A stretch of DNA of 16,659 nt from NCBI GenBank assembly GCA_010672965.1, contig JAAHFN010000034.1, forward strand, positions 64,001 through 80,659, in the 5' to 3' direction. This DNA comes from Oscillatoria sp. SIO1A7. GTDB lineage: Bacteria > Cyanobacteriota > Cyanobacteriia > Cyanobacteriales > Laspinemataceae. The position numbers and the translations under genes were made by a program. Of this stretch, positions 7,960-15,460 are shown one piece after another (the stretch's first letter is position 1; each line of letters begins with the position of its first letter). The notes beneath the pieces are model-generated. The model worked only from the letters and a program-made list of their open reading frames with translations. It was not told where the DNA came from and searched no databases.

Positions 7960-8836
7960 TCTCCTGTGCCAGGTCTGAGTCTATAAGGCTGCTGGTTTGC
8001 AATAGGAGAGCGATGGTGGTTCTGAGTTCGTTTTTTATCCACCAAGAGGCCGCAGTTGTTTGGCGAATTGCTGCTTGCAGGTATTTTTGTAGTCTTGGGG
8101 AAAAAGAGGCTATGGCTTCGGACTGGTTTAAAAGAGCGATCCGCGACAGCGCACCTATCGCCTCTTTTCTAAGAAGCTCGGCTCTTTCGCTCTCTTCTGG
8201 CGTTCCCTCCAATTTTGGCAGATTCTCCAAGTCGAAAAGAGTCGCTTCGCCAGCAACGGCATCCCCAGAGATGGCGGAGGAGGTTGCCGATAGTTTCCCT
8301 TCTTTCCACTGGATAAGAAAGCACAAGGATTCCACTATCGAGTTTTCTATAAATTCTAGACTATCGGACAGCCAAGCCAAAGCAGCCAGGGCGTCTTCCA
8401 GTTCGATATAGTCTTCCTCAACAAACAGAGTCGCCCCTCGATTGTATTGATGAAATGGATCTACCTTTATTTTTTTGCTGGGTAGGTTGCGCAACTGAAG
8501 TTCTACTTGCTGCCAGAGATGCTCGGGCAATTGAGTGAGCCCTTGCACTTCTGGGGCGAGAATAATGCTTTTTAGCAATTGGATGGTTTCTTCTAGTTTG
8601 ACCATTTCAAGGGAGCTATCTACATAACTCCCTAGCGGGGTGGTGGCTTCGAGGTGGAATTTTTTGCTCTTGAGCGTCCTGATTTTGGCGGCGATCGCTT
8701 CGATGCGGAAGGTAGGGTCTATTGCCATAGAGGGATTGGTAGTGGCGGGTTTCTGGCTCCAGTTCATATCATAACCTACGCTCGCATTGCTACTCGAATT
8801 ACTCCGGTAACGACGACATTTGTTGAAAGGCAGCAA
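7946..8836 (-). CDS. Hypothetical protein (296 aa as drawn; shorter if an internal ATG is the true start), translationally coupled to the upstream ABC-2 permease
   Basis: Uninterrupted 891-nt ORF. The track start at 8836 is a TTG directly abutting the permease stop codon (8837-8839). In-frame ATGs occur at 8767 and 8728. No Walker motifs or recognisable domain. Confidence 0.5.
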   Translation of the reverse strand: MLPFNKCRRYRSNSSSNASVGYDMNWSQKPATTNPSMAIDPTFRIEAIAAKIRTLKSKKFHLEATTPLGSYVDSSLEMVKLEETIQLLKSIILAPEVQGLTQLPEHLWQQVELQLRNLPSKKIKVDPFHQYNRGATLFVEEDYIELEDALAALAWLSDSLEFIENSIVESLCFLIQWKEGKLSATSSAISGDAVAGEATLFDLENLPKLEGTPEESERAELLRKEAIGALSRIALLNQSEAIASFSPRLQKYLQAAIRQTTAASWWIKNELRTTIALLLQTSSLIDSDLAQENFKF

Positions 8837-8839
8837 GCC

Positions 8840-9628
8840 CTAGCTCGATGCACTGGTGTAAAAACGCAAGGCAAAGCGCCAGAATGCACTCGAAGTCCAA
8901 GCTAGGGCGATCGCCAGCAACCCAGCACCAGTTATCCAGGTTATCTCGACTCGTCCCAACATTGTCTGAGCTGGCACTGTAGTTAAGAATGCCACGGGCA
9001 CGACAAAGGTAAAGAAAAATCGATAAGCTGCGGGATAGGCGACTATGGGATATCGTCCGGCTTCGAGCAAACCTCGCAGAACTTCGGTTACGTTATAAAC
9101 TTTGACGAACCAGATACTGGTAGAGCCCAGCATAAACCAGAGGCTGTAGAGGCTAGCAATGCCAAATAGCAAGGGTACGGCACTAATAAGATAGTTGGCT
9201 ATTGTCAGTCCCAGCTTGCTCCCTGCATAACCCAGAATTGCCATTCCAAAAACCAAGTCTGGCATTCCCCAGAGGGAAACGGCACGGGTTGACAGCCAGA
9301 ACTGCGAGCTAATCGGCTTTAGCAGCACAAAGTCCAGAGTCCCTTGCTCTACATGGGTTACGATGCGATTTAGATTGGGAACTAAGAACGTGGCAGAAAA
9401 CCCCTGAAGTAGAGTAAAGACTCCTAGTACAATTAAGGCTTCTTCCCATTGCCAACCCGAGAAGGTGTAGCCCGTCCGATAAAATAGAAATAATCCAAAT
9501 AAACTGCCTGCCAGGTTTCCCAAGCTGGTAATGCTGGCGATCGCGAAGTTGATTCGGTATTCCATCTCAGCAGCGATCGCCGCCCCCCAAAACAACCTCA
9601 GCACGCGCAGGTATCGTTTGACGCTCAT
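8840..9628 (-). CDS. ABC-2 family transporter permease (PF06182/DUF990-like), ~262 aa from the ATG at 9628. The track ORF extends to a TTG at 9703
   Basis: Multi-pass hydrophobic protein MSVKRYLRVLRLFWG..EMEYRINF...RFALRFY. It shares the N-terminal R-R-Y/F-x-R-V ... EYR motif and the C-terminal W-R-x-x-L..Y motif with the paralogue at 15461-16258. Confidence 0.65.
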   Translation of the reverse strand: MSVKRYLRVLRLFWGAAIAAEMEYRINFAIASITSLGNLAGSLFGLFLFYRTGYTFSGWQWEEALIVLGVFTLLQGFSATFLVPNLNRIVTHVEQGTLDFVLLKPISSQFWLSTRAVSLWGMPDLVFGMAILGYAGSKLGLTIANYLISAVPLLFGIASLYSLWFMLGSTSIWFVKVYNVTEVLRGLLEAGRYPIVAYPAAYRFFFTFVVPVAFLTTVPAQTMLGRVEITWITGAGLLAIALAWTSSAFWRFALRFYTSASS

Positions 9629-9971
9629 CTGCCCTTTTTCGCAATTGCTTTTCGAGCATAACAGATAAAAGGTCTTGCTCCCCAGCAGGAAGGGCAACGC
9701 CAAAATGTCAATATAGCGCTACGCGCAATTCAAAAGTCATGCATTCAAAAGTCAAAGGTATAATCTGACTAAGGAACGAGCATTTATAAATGTCTTAACT
9801 CATTTGCGTAGTGATATATATAAGCTCTTCTAAAAAATCACTATTTTTACAGGTGTCAATATTTCACAAATAAAAAATTAAACATTAATTATATCAGTTA
9901 GTAAAAAAGAAACCTATTTATTGAATAAAGATATATTTTTTAGTGAATGGGTTGCGGTGAAGATTAGCCCT

Positions 9972-10000
9972 TTGACAATTGACTCTTTTGGATTTAAAGT
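9972..10000 (+). promoter_or_regulatory. Candidate sigma70-type promoter for the methyltransferase gene: TTGACA, 17 nt spacer, TAAAGT
   Basis: ttgaca at 9972-9977 and taaagt at 9995-10000 in a very AT-rich spacer. It would give a ~245-nt leader before the GTG at 10246. Confidence 0.3.
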
Positions 10001-10245
10001 ATAAAAGTCAATTTAGATGCAATAGCAAATAATTGCCTGACAAAGCCGGAAACCTTCGACTTGGCCTGAAATTGGGTTGCCGTGCAACCAGAAATCCAAG
10101 AGAGCCTTAAAAATTGGTATGGGTCTCGGCTCGAACCGGATCCCATACTAATCGAAATCAGCTCGATGATGGCTGCAACAAAATAAAAGAGATCGGCTAC
10201 TTTGAGAATGTTAGATCCCCTTTGTGAACCTTTAGGAGAAAAATT

Positions 10246-11223
10246 GTGAAAAACGAAACCGGAGACCAAAAATTTATCGACCAATTCGAGAAAGATGTCT
10301 TAGAATTTTTTTTCGATAAAGTCCGTGGCAATTTGTGGCCGTATATCTACGGAACTCCTCAAGATGCTGACGACCCAGTTCGAGGGGGCATATTATATAA
10401 CGAAATGCTTGAAGGGGAGAAGGACTATTACCTGTACAAATATGAAGCACAACTTTTCCAAAGTAAAGGAAAGGATATAGCTTCCCTTATAGGTTCTAAT
10501 GCTACTTTTATAGAATTGGGTCCAGGCAGCGAGCAAAGCCTTCGTCTCAAAACGTTACCGTTGCTTCGAGCTTGTACTGACTTACAGGGTTATGTAGGAA
10601 TCGATATTTCCCAATCATTTTTGGATAAAGGGCTTGAGGTGGTTCGGAACGAACTACCCAATATTGAGATTAGTGGTATGCAGCAAGACTTTACCAAATT
10701 AAAAGAGCTACCAGAATTTGACAACCAAGTCATTTTCTTTAAAGGCAGTACGATTGCCAATCTGAGGAGGGATGAGCTGCCAGATTTTATCTCCCAGATT
10801 AAGGAACTAGCGGCTGAAAATCATTATTTGCTTTTAGTTCACGATTGCAACCAAGATGAAGAGTCCTTAATGAAAGCCTACCATAATGAAGGTATGGGAG
10901 TTTTCATGGCAAACATCATGTACCGCATCCATCGCGACATGAATGCAGTGGGAATGGAACCCCAAGCGTTTCGCTACAGCCCGGAATGGGATCCTGAAGG
11001 TCACGATTTAAAACATATTCTCGTTGCAAACAAAGCGCAAAAGTTTGAAATCAAAGGAAAAACTGTAGAAATTGCAGAAGGAGAAAAGTTTCATACTTTG
11101 AGTTCTTTTAAGTATCCAGTTAAAGTGTTTGAGGAAATGCTTGCTCCGTCAGGATATAAACCGATTGATGTTTTTCTAGATGATTCCCAGAGGCTAACTG
11201 CTCATCTTTTTACAGCTTCATAA
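10246..11223 (+). CDS. EgtD-family SAM-dependent amino-acid N-methyltransferase (Methyltransf_33 fold; L-histidine N-alpha-methyltransferase-like), 325 aa
   Basis: Colinear matches to EgtD blocks: YYLYKYEAQL..ASLIGSNATFIELGPGSEQSLR (EgtD YYPTRTEAQIL...TLVELGSGTSEKTR), FFKGSTIANL (EgtD FLGSTIGNL), LLLVHDCNQD, AYHNEGMGVFMANIM, FRYSPEWDPEGHDLKHILVA, GEKFHTLSSFKY. GTG start with aggag 8 nt upstream. GC is ~40% against ~52% for the rpo genes. Confidence 0.75.
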   Translation: MKNETGDQKFIDQFEKDVLEFFFDKVRGNLWPYIYGTPQDADDPVRGGILYNEMLEGEKDYYLYKYEAQLFQSKGKDIASLIGSNATFIELGPGSEQSLRLKTLPLLRACTDLQGYVGIDISQSFLDKGLEVVRNELPNIEISGMQQDFTKLKELPEFDNQVIFFKGSTIANLRRDELPDFISQIKELAAENHYLLLVHDCNQDEESLMKAYHNEGMGVFMANIMYRIHRDMNAVGMEPQAFRYSPEWDPEGHDLKHILVANKAQKFEIKGKTVEIAEGEKFHTLSSFKYPVKVFEEMLAPSGYKPIDVFLDDSQRLTAHLFTAS

Positions 11224-11242
11224 GTCCTGCATAATCTTAAAA

Positions 11243-11290
11243 CAAGACTGAGGCTAGATTGTTCGGCATGACAATCTAGCCTCAGTCTTG
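11243..11290 (+). terminator. Perfect 20-bp stem / 8-nt loop hairpin 20 nt after the methyltransferase stop; no U-tract
   Basis: caagactgaggctagattgt - tcggcatg - acaatctagcctcagtcttg. Confidence 0.4.
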
Positions 11291-11351
11291 CGATACGCTC
11301 TTAGTACAAGAGCGCTTATCTACAGGTATGCTGTCGCTCCTACATTTGTTT

Positions 11352-11510
11352 GAAGCTTGCGAACTATAGCAGTTCTCAAATTGATGTAAGGTGTCTGGGG
11401 CGAAGCATCCCAATATGATAATCCCCGTTCTGTAGCAGAGACAGTCTTGGGGATGCTGTCGCCCCTACCAGATCGTTTATTACACTTATTTGAGAAACGC
11501 TATATCGATC
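11352..11510 (+). repeat. Copy 1 of a ~140-bp nested-stem repeat; candidate structured RNA or MITE core
   Basis: Aligns to 15241-15410. Conserved 5' block gttctcaaattgatgtaaggtgtctggggcgaagcatcYcaatatga, a variable 30-34-nt centre, then ggggatgctgtcgcccctac ... gatcgtttattacacttatttgagaaacgctatat. The outer arm ttctcaaat pairs with atttgagaa; the inner arm ggggcgaagcatc pairs with gatgctgtcgcccc. Confidence 0.6.
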
Positions 11511-11631
11511 TGAAAATTCTCAAGCTTGCGAACGATAGAGCGGGAAACTCAAAACTTAAAATTGAAAAGGCTCAGCTTTCAGCCAATTTGCTTATGCGCT
11601 CAATGCGCAGGCTGCGCCAACAGCCAGTTTG

Positions 11632-11652
11632 CTGACCGCTGACCGCTGACCG
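11632..11652. repeat. CTGACCG heptamer x3 (STRR-like)
   Basis: ctgaccgctgaccgctgaccg, followed by more AAAACTY heptamers (11660-11680). Confidence 0.7.
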
Positions 11653-11681
11653 CTTCCTCAAAACTCAAAACTTAAAACTAT

Positions 11682-11770
11682 AGGACTTACGCAACGACAC
11701 TGTGGATAGGGGCAACCACGGGGGGATTGCCCCTACAAACGACCAAATATGGATGTTTTGCGTAAGTCCT
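11682..11770. repeat. Short element bounded by the 13-bp inverted repeats aggacttacgcaa / ttgcgtaagtcct, with an inner ggggcaa-ccacgggggga-ttgcccc hairpin
   Basis: The TIR sequence equals the TIRs of the 247-bp element at 15207-15453. The inner hairpin is the reverse complement of a motif at 15115-15152. It ends 3 nt before the nirD stop codon. Confidence 0.6.
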
Positions 11771-11773
11771 GAA

Positions 11774-12133
11774 CTAATTAATGCCGACCTCAACCCGATC
11801 GCCCGTTACCCGAACTGAGTAAGTGGCAATTTTTACTGTTTCGTCGTCTAAGCATTCGCCGGTGGCCAGATTAAAATTTTGCTTGTAAATCGGTGCGGCG
11901 ACTTTCTTGATGCCATTGCGATCGCCAACAATACCTCGGGACATTACAAATGCTTTGCTAAAGGGATCGTAATTGCTAATGGCATACAGTTCGGCTTCGT
12001 TGCCCACTCGGAAAATCGCCACTTGTTCTTCTTTGACCATAGCGCAGACCCCCGTATTGGGGACGATATCCGACAGCGCGCAAACATCCACCCATTGAGT
12101 AACGCTGTCGCGAACTGGTGATGCTTGAACCAT
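11774..12133 (-). CDS. nirD: Nitrite reductase [NAD(P)H] small subunit (Rieske-like), 119 aa
   Basis: WVDVCALSDIVPNTGVCAMVKEEQVAIFRV...YAISNYDPFSKAFVMSRGIVGD is colinear with E. coli NirD (WKDICKIDDILPETGVCALLGDEQVAIFRP...FAISNIDPF..SVLSRGLI). ATG at 12133 with aGGAG upstream. Confidence 0.85.
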   Translation of the reverse strand: MVQASPVRDSVTQWVDVCALSDIVPNTGVCAMVKEEQVAIFRVGNEAELYAISNYDPFSKAFVMSRGIVGDRNGIKKVAAPIYKQNFNLATGECLDDETVKIATYSVRVTGDRVEVGIN

Positions 12134-12170
12134 TTTTTTCTCCTAAAATTTTTTAATTAGGGCCGCCTAC

Positions 12171-12310
12171 GGGGTGTGGGGTGTGGGGTGTGGGGTGTGA
12201 ATAATTGCTTTTCTTAACTTTTCACCCTTCACTTTTCACTTTTCACTCCTCCGCTCTTCCCAATTTCCCAATTCGCCCATTCCCACACCCTACACCCTAC
12301 ACCCTACACC
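12171..12310. repeat. G-quadruplex-competent (GGGGTGT)x4 array at 12171-12199, with a partially complementary (CACCCTA)x3-4 array at 12282-12310. The arms are separated by TTTTCAC and CCCAATT heptamer repeats. The whole forms a large imperfect palindrome in the nirB-nirD spacer
   Basis: ggggtgtggggtgtggggtgtggggtgtg opposite cccacaccctacaccctacaccctacacc. Each unit pairs with one G-T mismatch, which would be a G-U wobble only in plus-strand RNA. ttttcac x3 and tcccaatt x2 lie between the arms. Confidence 0.8.
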
Positions 12311-12315
12311 TGGGG

Positions 12316-14853
12316 CTACCCCGAAACGCCAGCTAAAACTTTTTCTTCTTCTGTTGCCGGACGCTTTTGGCCTCGTTCTTCAACATAGCTTAGAGTTTCA
12401 TCCGGGCGATCGCTATTGACAAAATGCCGGAAGCGCTTGAGTTTCTCTGGATTTTCTATCGCCGCCTTCCATTCGCAATTATAGGTATCTACTAGGTGCT
12501 GCATCTGAGCTTCCAACTCGTCGCAAATACCTAGGGAATCTTCTATAATTACCTGTTTCAGGTATTCTATTCCCCCTTCGAGTTTATTGAACCAAGTAGC
12601 AGTTCGCTCTAGGCGATCGGCGGTGCGGATATAGAAAATTAAGAAGCGATCCAAATACTTAATCAGAGTTTCTTTATCCAAATCTGTTGCTAGCAGCACG
12701 CCATGTTGGGGCTTCATGCCGCCGTTACCGCACAGAAATAGATTCCAACCTTTTTCAGAAGCAATTATGCCAAAGTCCTTGCCTTGAGCTTCGGCGCACT
12801 CGCGAGAGCAACCAGACACGGCGGACTTCAGTTTGTGGGGCGATCGTATTCCTCGATAGCGCAGTTCTAGCTCTATAGCCAGACCAACGGAATCCTGCAC
12901 GCCATAGCGGCACCAAGTGCTTCCCACGCAAGACTTGACCGTGCGCAGAGCCTTGCCATAAGCATGACCGGATTCAAAACCAGCATCTACCAGTCGCTGC
13001 CAAATCAGTGGCAATTGATCGACCCGGGCTCCAAACATATCGATACGCTGGGCTCCAGTAATTTTCGTATAAAGCCCAAAGTCTTTGGCAATTTCCCCTA
13101 AAACAATGAGTTTATCTGGGGTAATCTCGCCGCCGGGAACGCGGGGGATGACGGAATAGGTGCCGTCTTTCTGAATGTTAGCGAGGAAGTAATCGTTCGT
13201 ATCTTGCAGGCCGGCATGGGGCACATCCATAATATGCTCGTTCCAAGTCGAGGCAAACATGGATGCTACGGCAGGCTTGCAAATTTCGCAGCCCATGCCC
13301 TGGCCGAAACGCTCTATTAGCTCGTCGAAGGTCTTAATCTTATGAAATCGTACCAGATGGTAGAGTTCTTGACGGCTATAGGAGAAATGCTCGCAGAGAT
13401 GATTGTTGACCTCTTTGCCAGCTTTCTTCATCTCTGACTTGAGGATTGTCGTCACTAGGGGCATACAGCCGCCGCAGCCCGTCCCTGCTGTGGTGCATTT
13501 TTTAACGCTAACTGGATCTGTTAGTTGGTTTTCGTGAATTGCGGCAATAATGTCGCCTTTGCTGACATTATTACAAGAACAAATTTGGGCGCTATCCGGC
13601 AGGCTTTCTACTCCTATTGCTGCTGGCTTGCCTTCCCGAGGTGGCATCAGCAAGTCTTCTGGATGGGGGGGCAAGGCAATGTCGTTTTGCACTAATTGGA
13701 GCAGAGTGCCGTAAGCAGAAGCATCGCCAACCAGCATCCCGCCTAAAAGACGGCTGCCATCTTGGTTGAGAACGAGTTTTTTGTAAGTTCCCTGGATTGA
13801 ATCGACGACGGAAATTGTTTTGGAATTTGAAGTGCGAGCAAAAGCATCGCCGAAACTGGCCACATCTACTCCCAAAAGCTTGAGTTTTGTGGACATGTCC
13901 GCACCGGCAAAGGTGCTGCTGGTAAGGCCGTTCAAGGCATCTGCCGCTACCCCAGCCATGTGATAGCCGGGAGCTACTAAGCCGTAGATGCGCTTTTGAT
14001 ACAGGGCGCATTCGCCGATCGCATATATATCTGGGTCGGAGGTTTGGCAATAGTCGTCTATAACTATACCGCCGCGATCGCCTATTTCTAATCCGCAGGC
14101 TCTAGCCAGTTCGTCTCTGGGTCGAATTCCAGCAGAAAAAACAATCTCGTCTGTTTCCAGTTCTTCTCCGTCGGCAAATACCATTTTGACTATTTTGCCA
14201 TTTTCGCTAACAATTTCGGTGGTATTTTTGCTGACATGCACCGAAACCCCTAGCTCTTCTATTTTCTCCCGGAGAATGTTGCCTCCGACGTCATCGACTT
14301 GCACGGGCATCAGTCGCGGCGCAAACTCGACCACATGGGTTTTCAAGCCCATATTTTGCAAAGCATTAGCTGCTTCCAAGCCTAACAGGCCGCCGCCGAT
14401 GACGGTGCCTACTTTGCAATTTTTTGCCCAGGCTCCAATATCCTCTAGGTCTTCAATTGTCCGGTAAACGAAGGCGCCCGGGGCTTCTCTTCCTTTGATG
14501 GGGGGCACAAATGGATAAGAGCCGGTTGCCAGGACAATTTTATCGTAGGGAATTTCTACGCCGTTTTCTGAAGTTACGGTCTTTTCTTCCCGATTAATAG
14601 CAACTGCTTTATCGCCTATATAGATTTTAATCCCGTTTTCTTGGTAAAAACCGGGCTCTACTAAAGACAGATCGCCAGCAGTTTTACCCGTGAAATAGCT
14701 GCTTAGATTTACGCGATCGTAGGCGACGCGAGGTTCCTCACAAAATGCAATCAAATTCCAATTATCGCTGCCATCTTTGCCGACCATCAGTTCTAGAAAC
14801 TTATGGCCCACCATACCATTGCCAATAACAACAAGGTTCTTTTTGGCTTTCAT
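12316..14853 (-). CDS. nirB: Nitrite reductase [NAD(P)H] large subunit, 845 aa
   Basis: N-terminal FAD/NAD fold LVVIGNGMVGHKF. BFD-like [2Fe-2S] motif CSCNN...CTTAGTGCGGC. Sulfite/nitrite-reductase siroheme-[4Fe-4S] motifs SCVGSTWCRYG and SGCSRECAEA. The length matches E. coli NirB (847 aa). ATG at 14853. Confidence 0.9.
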   Translation of the reverse strand: MKAKKNLVVIGNGMVGHKFLELMVGKDGSDNWNLIAFCEEPRVAYDRVNLSSYFTGKTAGDLSLVEPGFYQENGIKIYIGDKAVAINREEKTVTSENGVEIPYDKIVLATGSYPFVPPIKGREAPGAFVYRTIEDLEDIGAWAKNCKVGTVIGGGLLGLEAANALQNMGLKTHVVEFAPRLMPVQVDDVGGNILREKIEELGVSVHVSKNTTEIVSENGKIVKMVFADGEELETDEIVFSAGIRPRDELARACGLEIGDRGGIVIDDYCQTSDPDIYAIGECALYQKRIYGLVAPGYHMAGVAADALNGLTSSTFAGADMSTKLKLLGVDVASFGDAFARTSNSKTISVVDSIQGTYKKLVLNQDGSRLLGGMLVGDASAYGTLLQLVQNDIALPPHPEDLLMPPREGKPAAIGVESLPDSAQICSCNNVSKGDIIAAIHENQLTDPVSVKKCTTAGTGCGGCMPLVTTILKSEMKKAGKEVNNHLCEHFSYSRQELYHLVRFHKIKTFDELIERFGQGMGCEICKPAVASMFASTWNEHIMDVPHAGLQDTNDYFLANIQKDGTYSVIPRVPGGEITPDKLIVLGEIAKDFGLYTKITGAQRIDMFGARVDQLPLIWQRLVDAGFESGHAYGKALRTVKSCVGSTWCRYGVQDSVGLAIELELRYRGIRSPHKLKSAVSGCSRECAEAQGKDFGIIASEKGWNLFLCGNGGMKPQHGVLLATDLDKETLIKYLDRFLIFYIRTADRLERTATWFNKLEGGIEYLKQVIIEDSLGICDELEAQMQHLVDTYNCEWKAAIENPEKLKRFRHFVNSDRPDETLSYVEERGQKRPATEEEKVLAGVSG

Positions 14854-15143
14854 TAGATTATTTGCACTGCCTATTTTTCGGTTCTCACTTCGGGAGATTA
14901 GGGCTCTAGTCTCAAAAATCTTGTATATTTCGCTACATAATTATCCACTCGATGCATTTGTCGAATAACGACTATCTTTTTATTGCATTTATCTGGCTAA
15001 TGGCATTGCTAAAACGATCGGATTTAAATATGAAAATTATCTTAAATTTTTATGGAAACATTTAGTGTGCGGGATGTAATATCAAATCTGTCTAAACAAT
15101 TCCAGTATTTGTAGTGGCAGTCCCCCGTGGCTGCCCCCGAGCC

Positions 15144-15196
15144 GTAGGGGGCTTGGGTTGTAGGGTGTGGGGTGTGAGGTGTGGGGTGTGGGGAGG
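15144..15196. repeat. Second G-rich GGGTGTG-type array, upstream of nirB
   Basis: gtagggggcttgggttgtagggtgtggggtgtgaggtgtggggtgtggggagg. It is preceded by the hairpin gccccc-gagccgta-gggggc (15133-15152). Confidence 0.75.
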
Positions 15197-15206
15197 TTGC
15201 CAGACC

Positions 15207-15453
15207 CAGGACTTATGCAAATTGTCAGATCTAAAGCTGTATATAGCGGTTCTCAAGCGGTTCTCAAATTGATGTAAGGTGTCTGGGGCGAAGCATCTCA
15301 ATATGAGGGTTGCCGTTAGGAGCGCGCGAGATTGTCCAAGGGATGCTGTCGCCCCTACGTTTTCCAAAGCGATCGTTTATTACACTTATTTGAGAAACGC
15401 TATATATGGTGCGCCGCCTAGCACCCTACAAATAGGGTCTTTGCGTAAGTCCT
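15207..15453. mobile_element. 247-bp MITE-like element with 15-bp TIRs caggacttaYgcaaa / tttgcgtaagtcctg, carrying copy 2 of the ~140-bp nested-stem repeat (15241-15410)
   Basis: The left TIR at 15207-15221 and the right TIR at 15439-15453 are reverse complements with one mismatch. There is no ORF. The interior is homologous to 11352-11510. The element sits 7 nt before the permease stop codon at 15461-15463. Confidence 0.65.
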
Positions 15454-15460
15454 GAGACCG

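Noticed and set aside
8013-8411. 132-aa plus-strand ORF
   Set aside because: It is entirely antisense to the 296-aa minus-strand gene. The Ser/Ala-rich translation is typical of a shadow frame.
10100-10150. tRNA-like fragment (ggctcgaaccgga resembling a T-arm), checked as a possible integration att site
   Set aside because: Neither strand folds into a T-arm (5-bp stem plus 7-nt loop) or an acceptor stem. Only a 7-bp gtatggg/cccatac hairpin is present.
10010-10245. The long leader of the EgtD-like gene, considered as a SAM/SAH riboswitch
   Set aside because: I could not recognise the conserved cores of SAM-I, SAM-II, SAM-V or SAH riboswitches by eye. It is left as an unexplained structured leader until covariance-model searches are run.
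11447-11635. 62-aa ORF inside the repeat region downstream of the methyltransferase
   Set aside because: It lies across heptamer repeats and copy 1 of the nested-stem repeat, so it is better explained as non-coding repeat DNA.
13592-14467. Minus-strand 152-aa and plus-strand 93-aa ORFs within nirB; also 12687-12878 and 14777-14968
   Set aside because: Alternative-frame or antisense overlaps of the well-supported nirB CDS.
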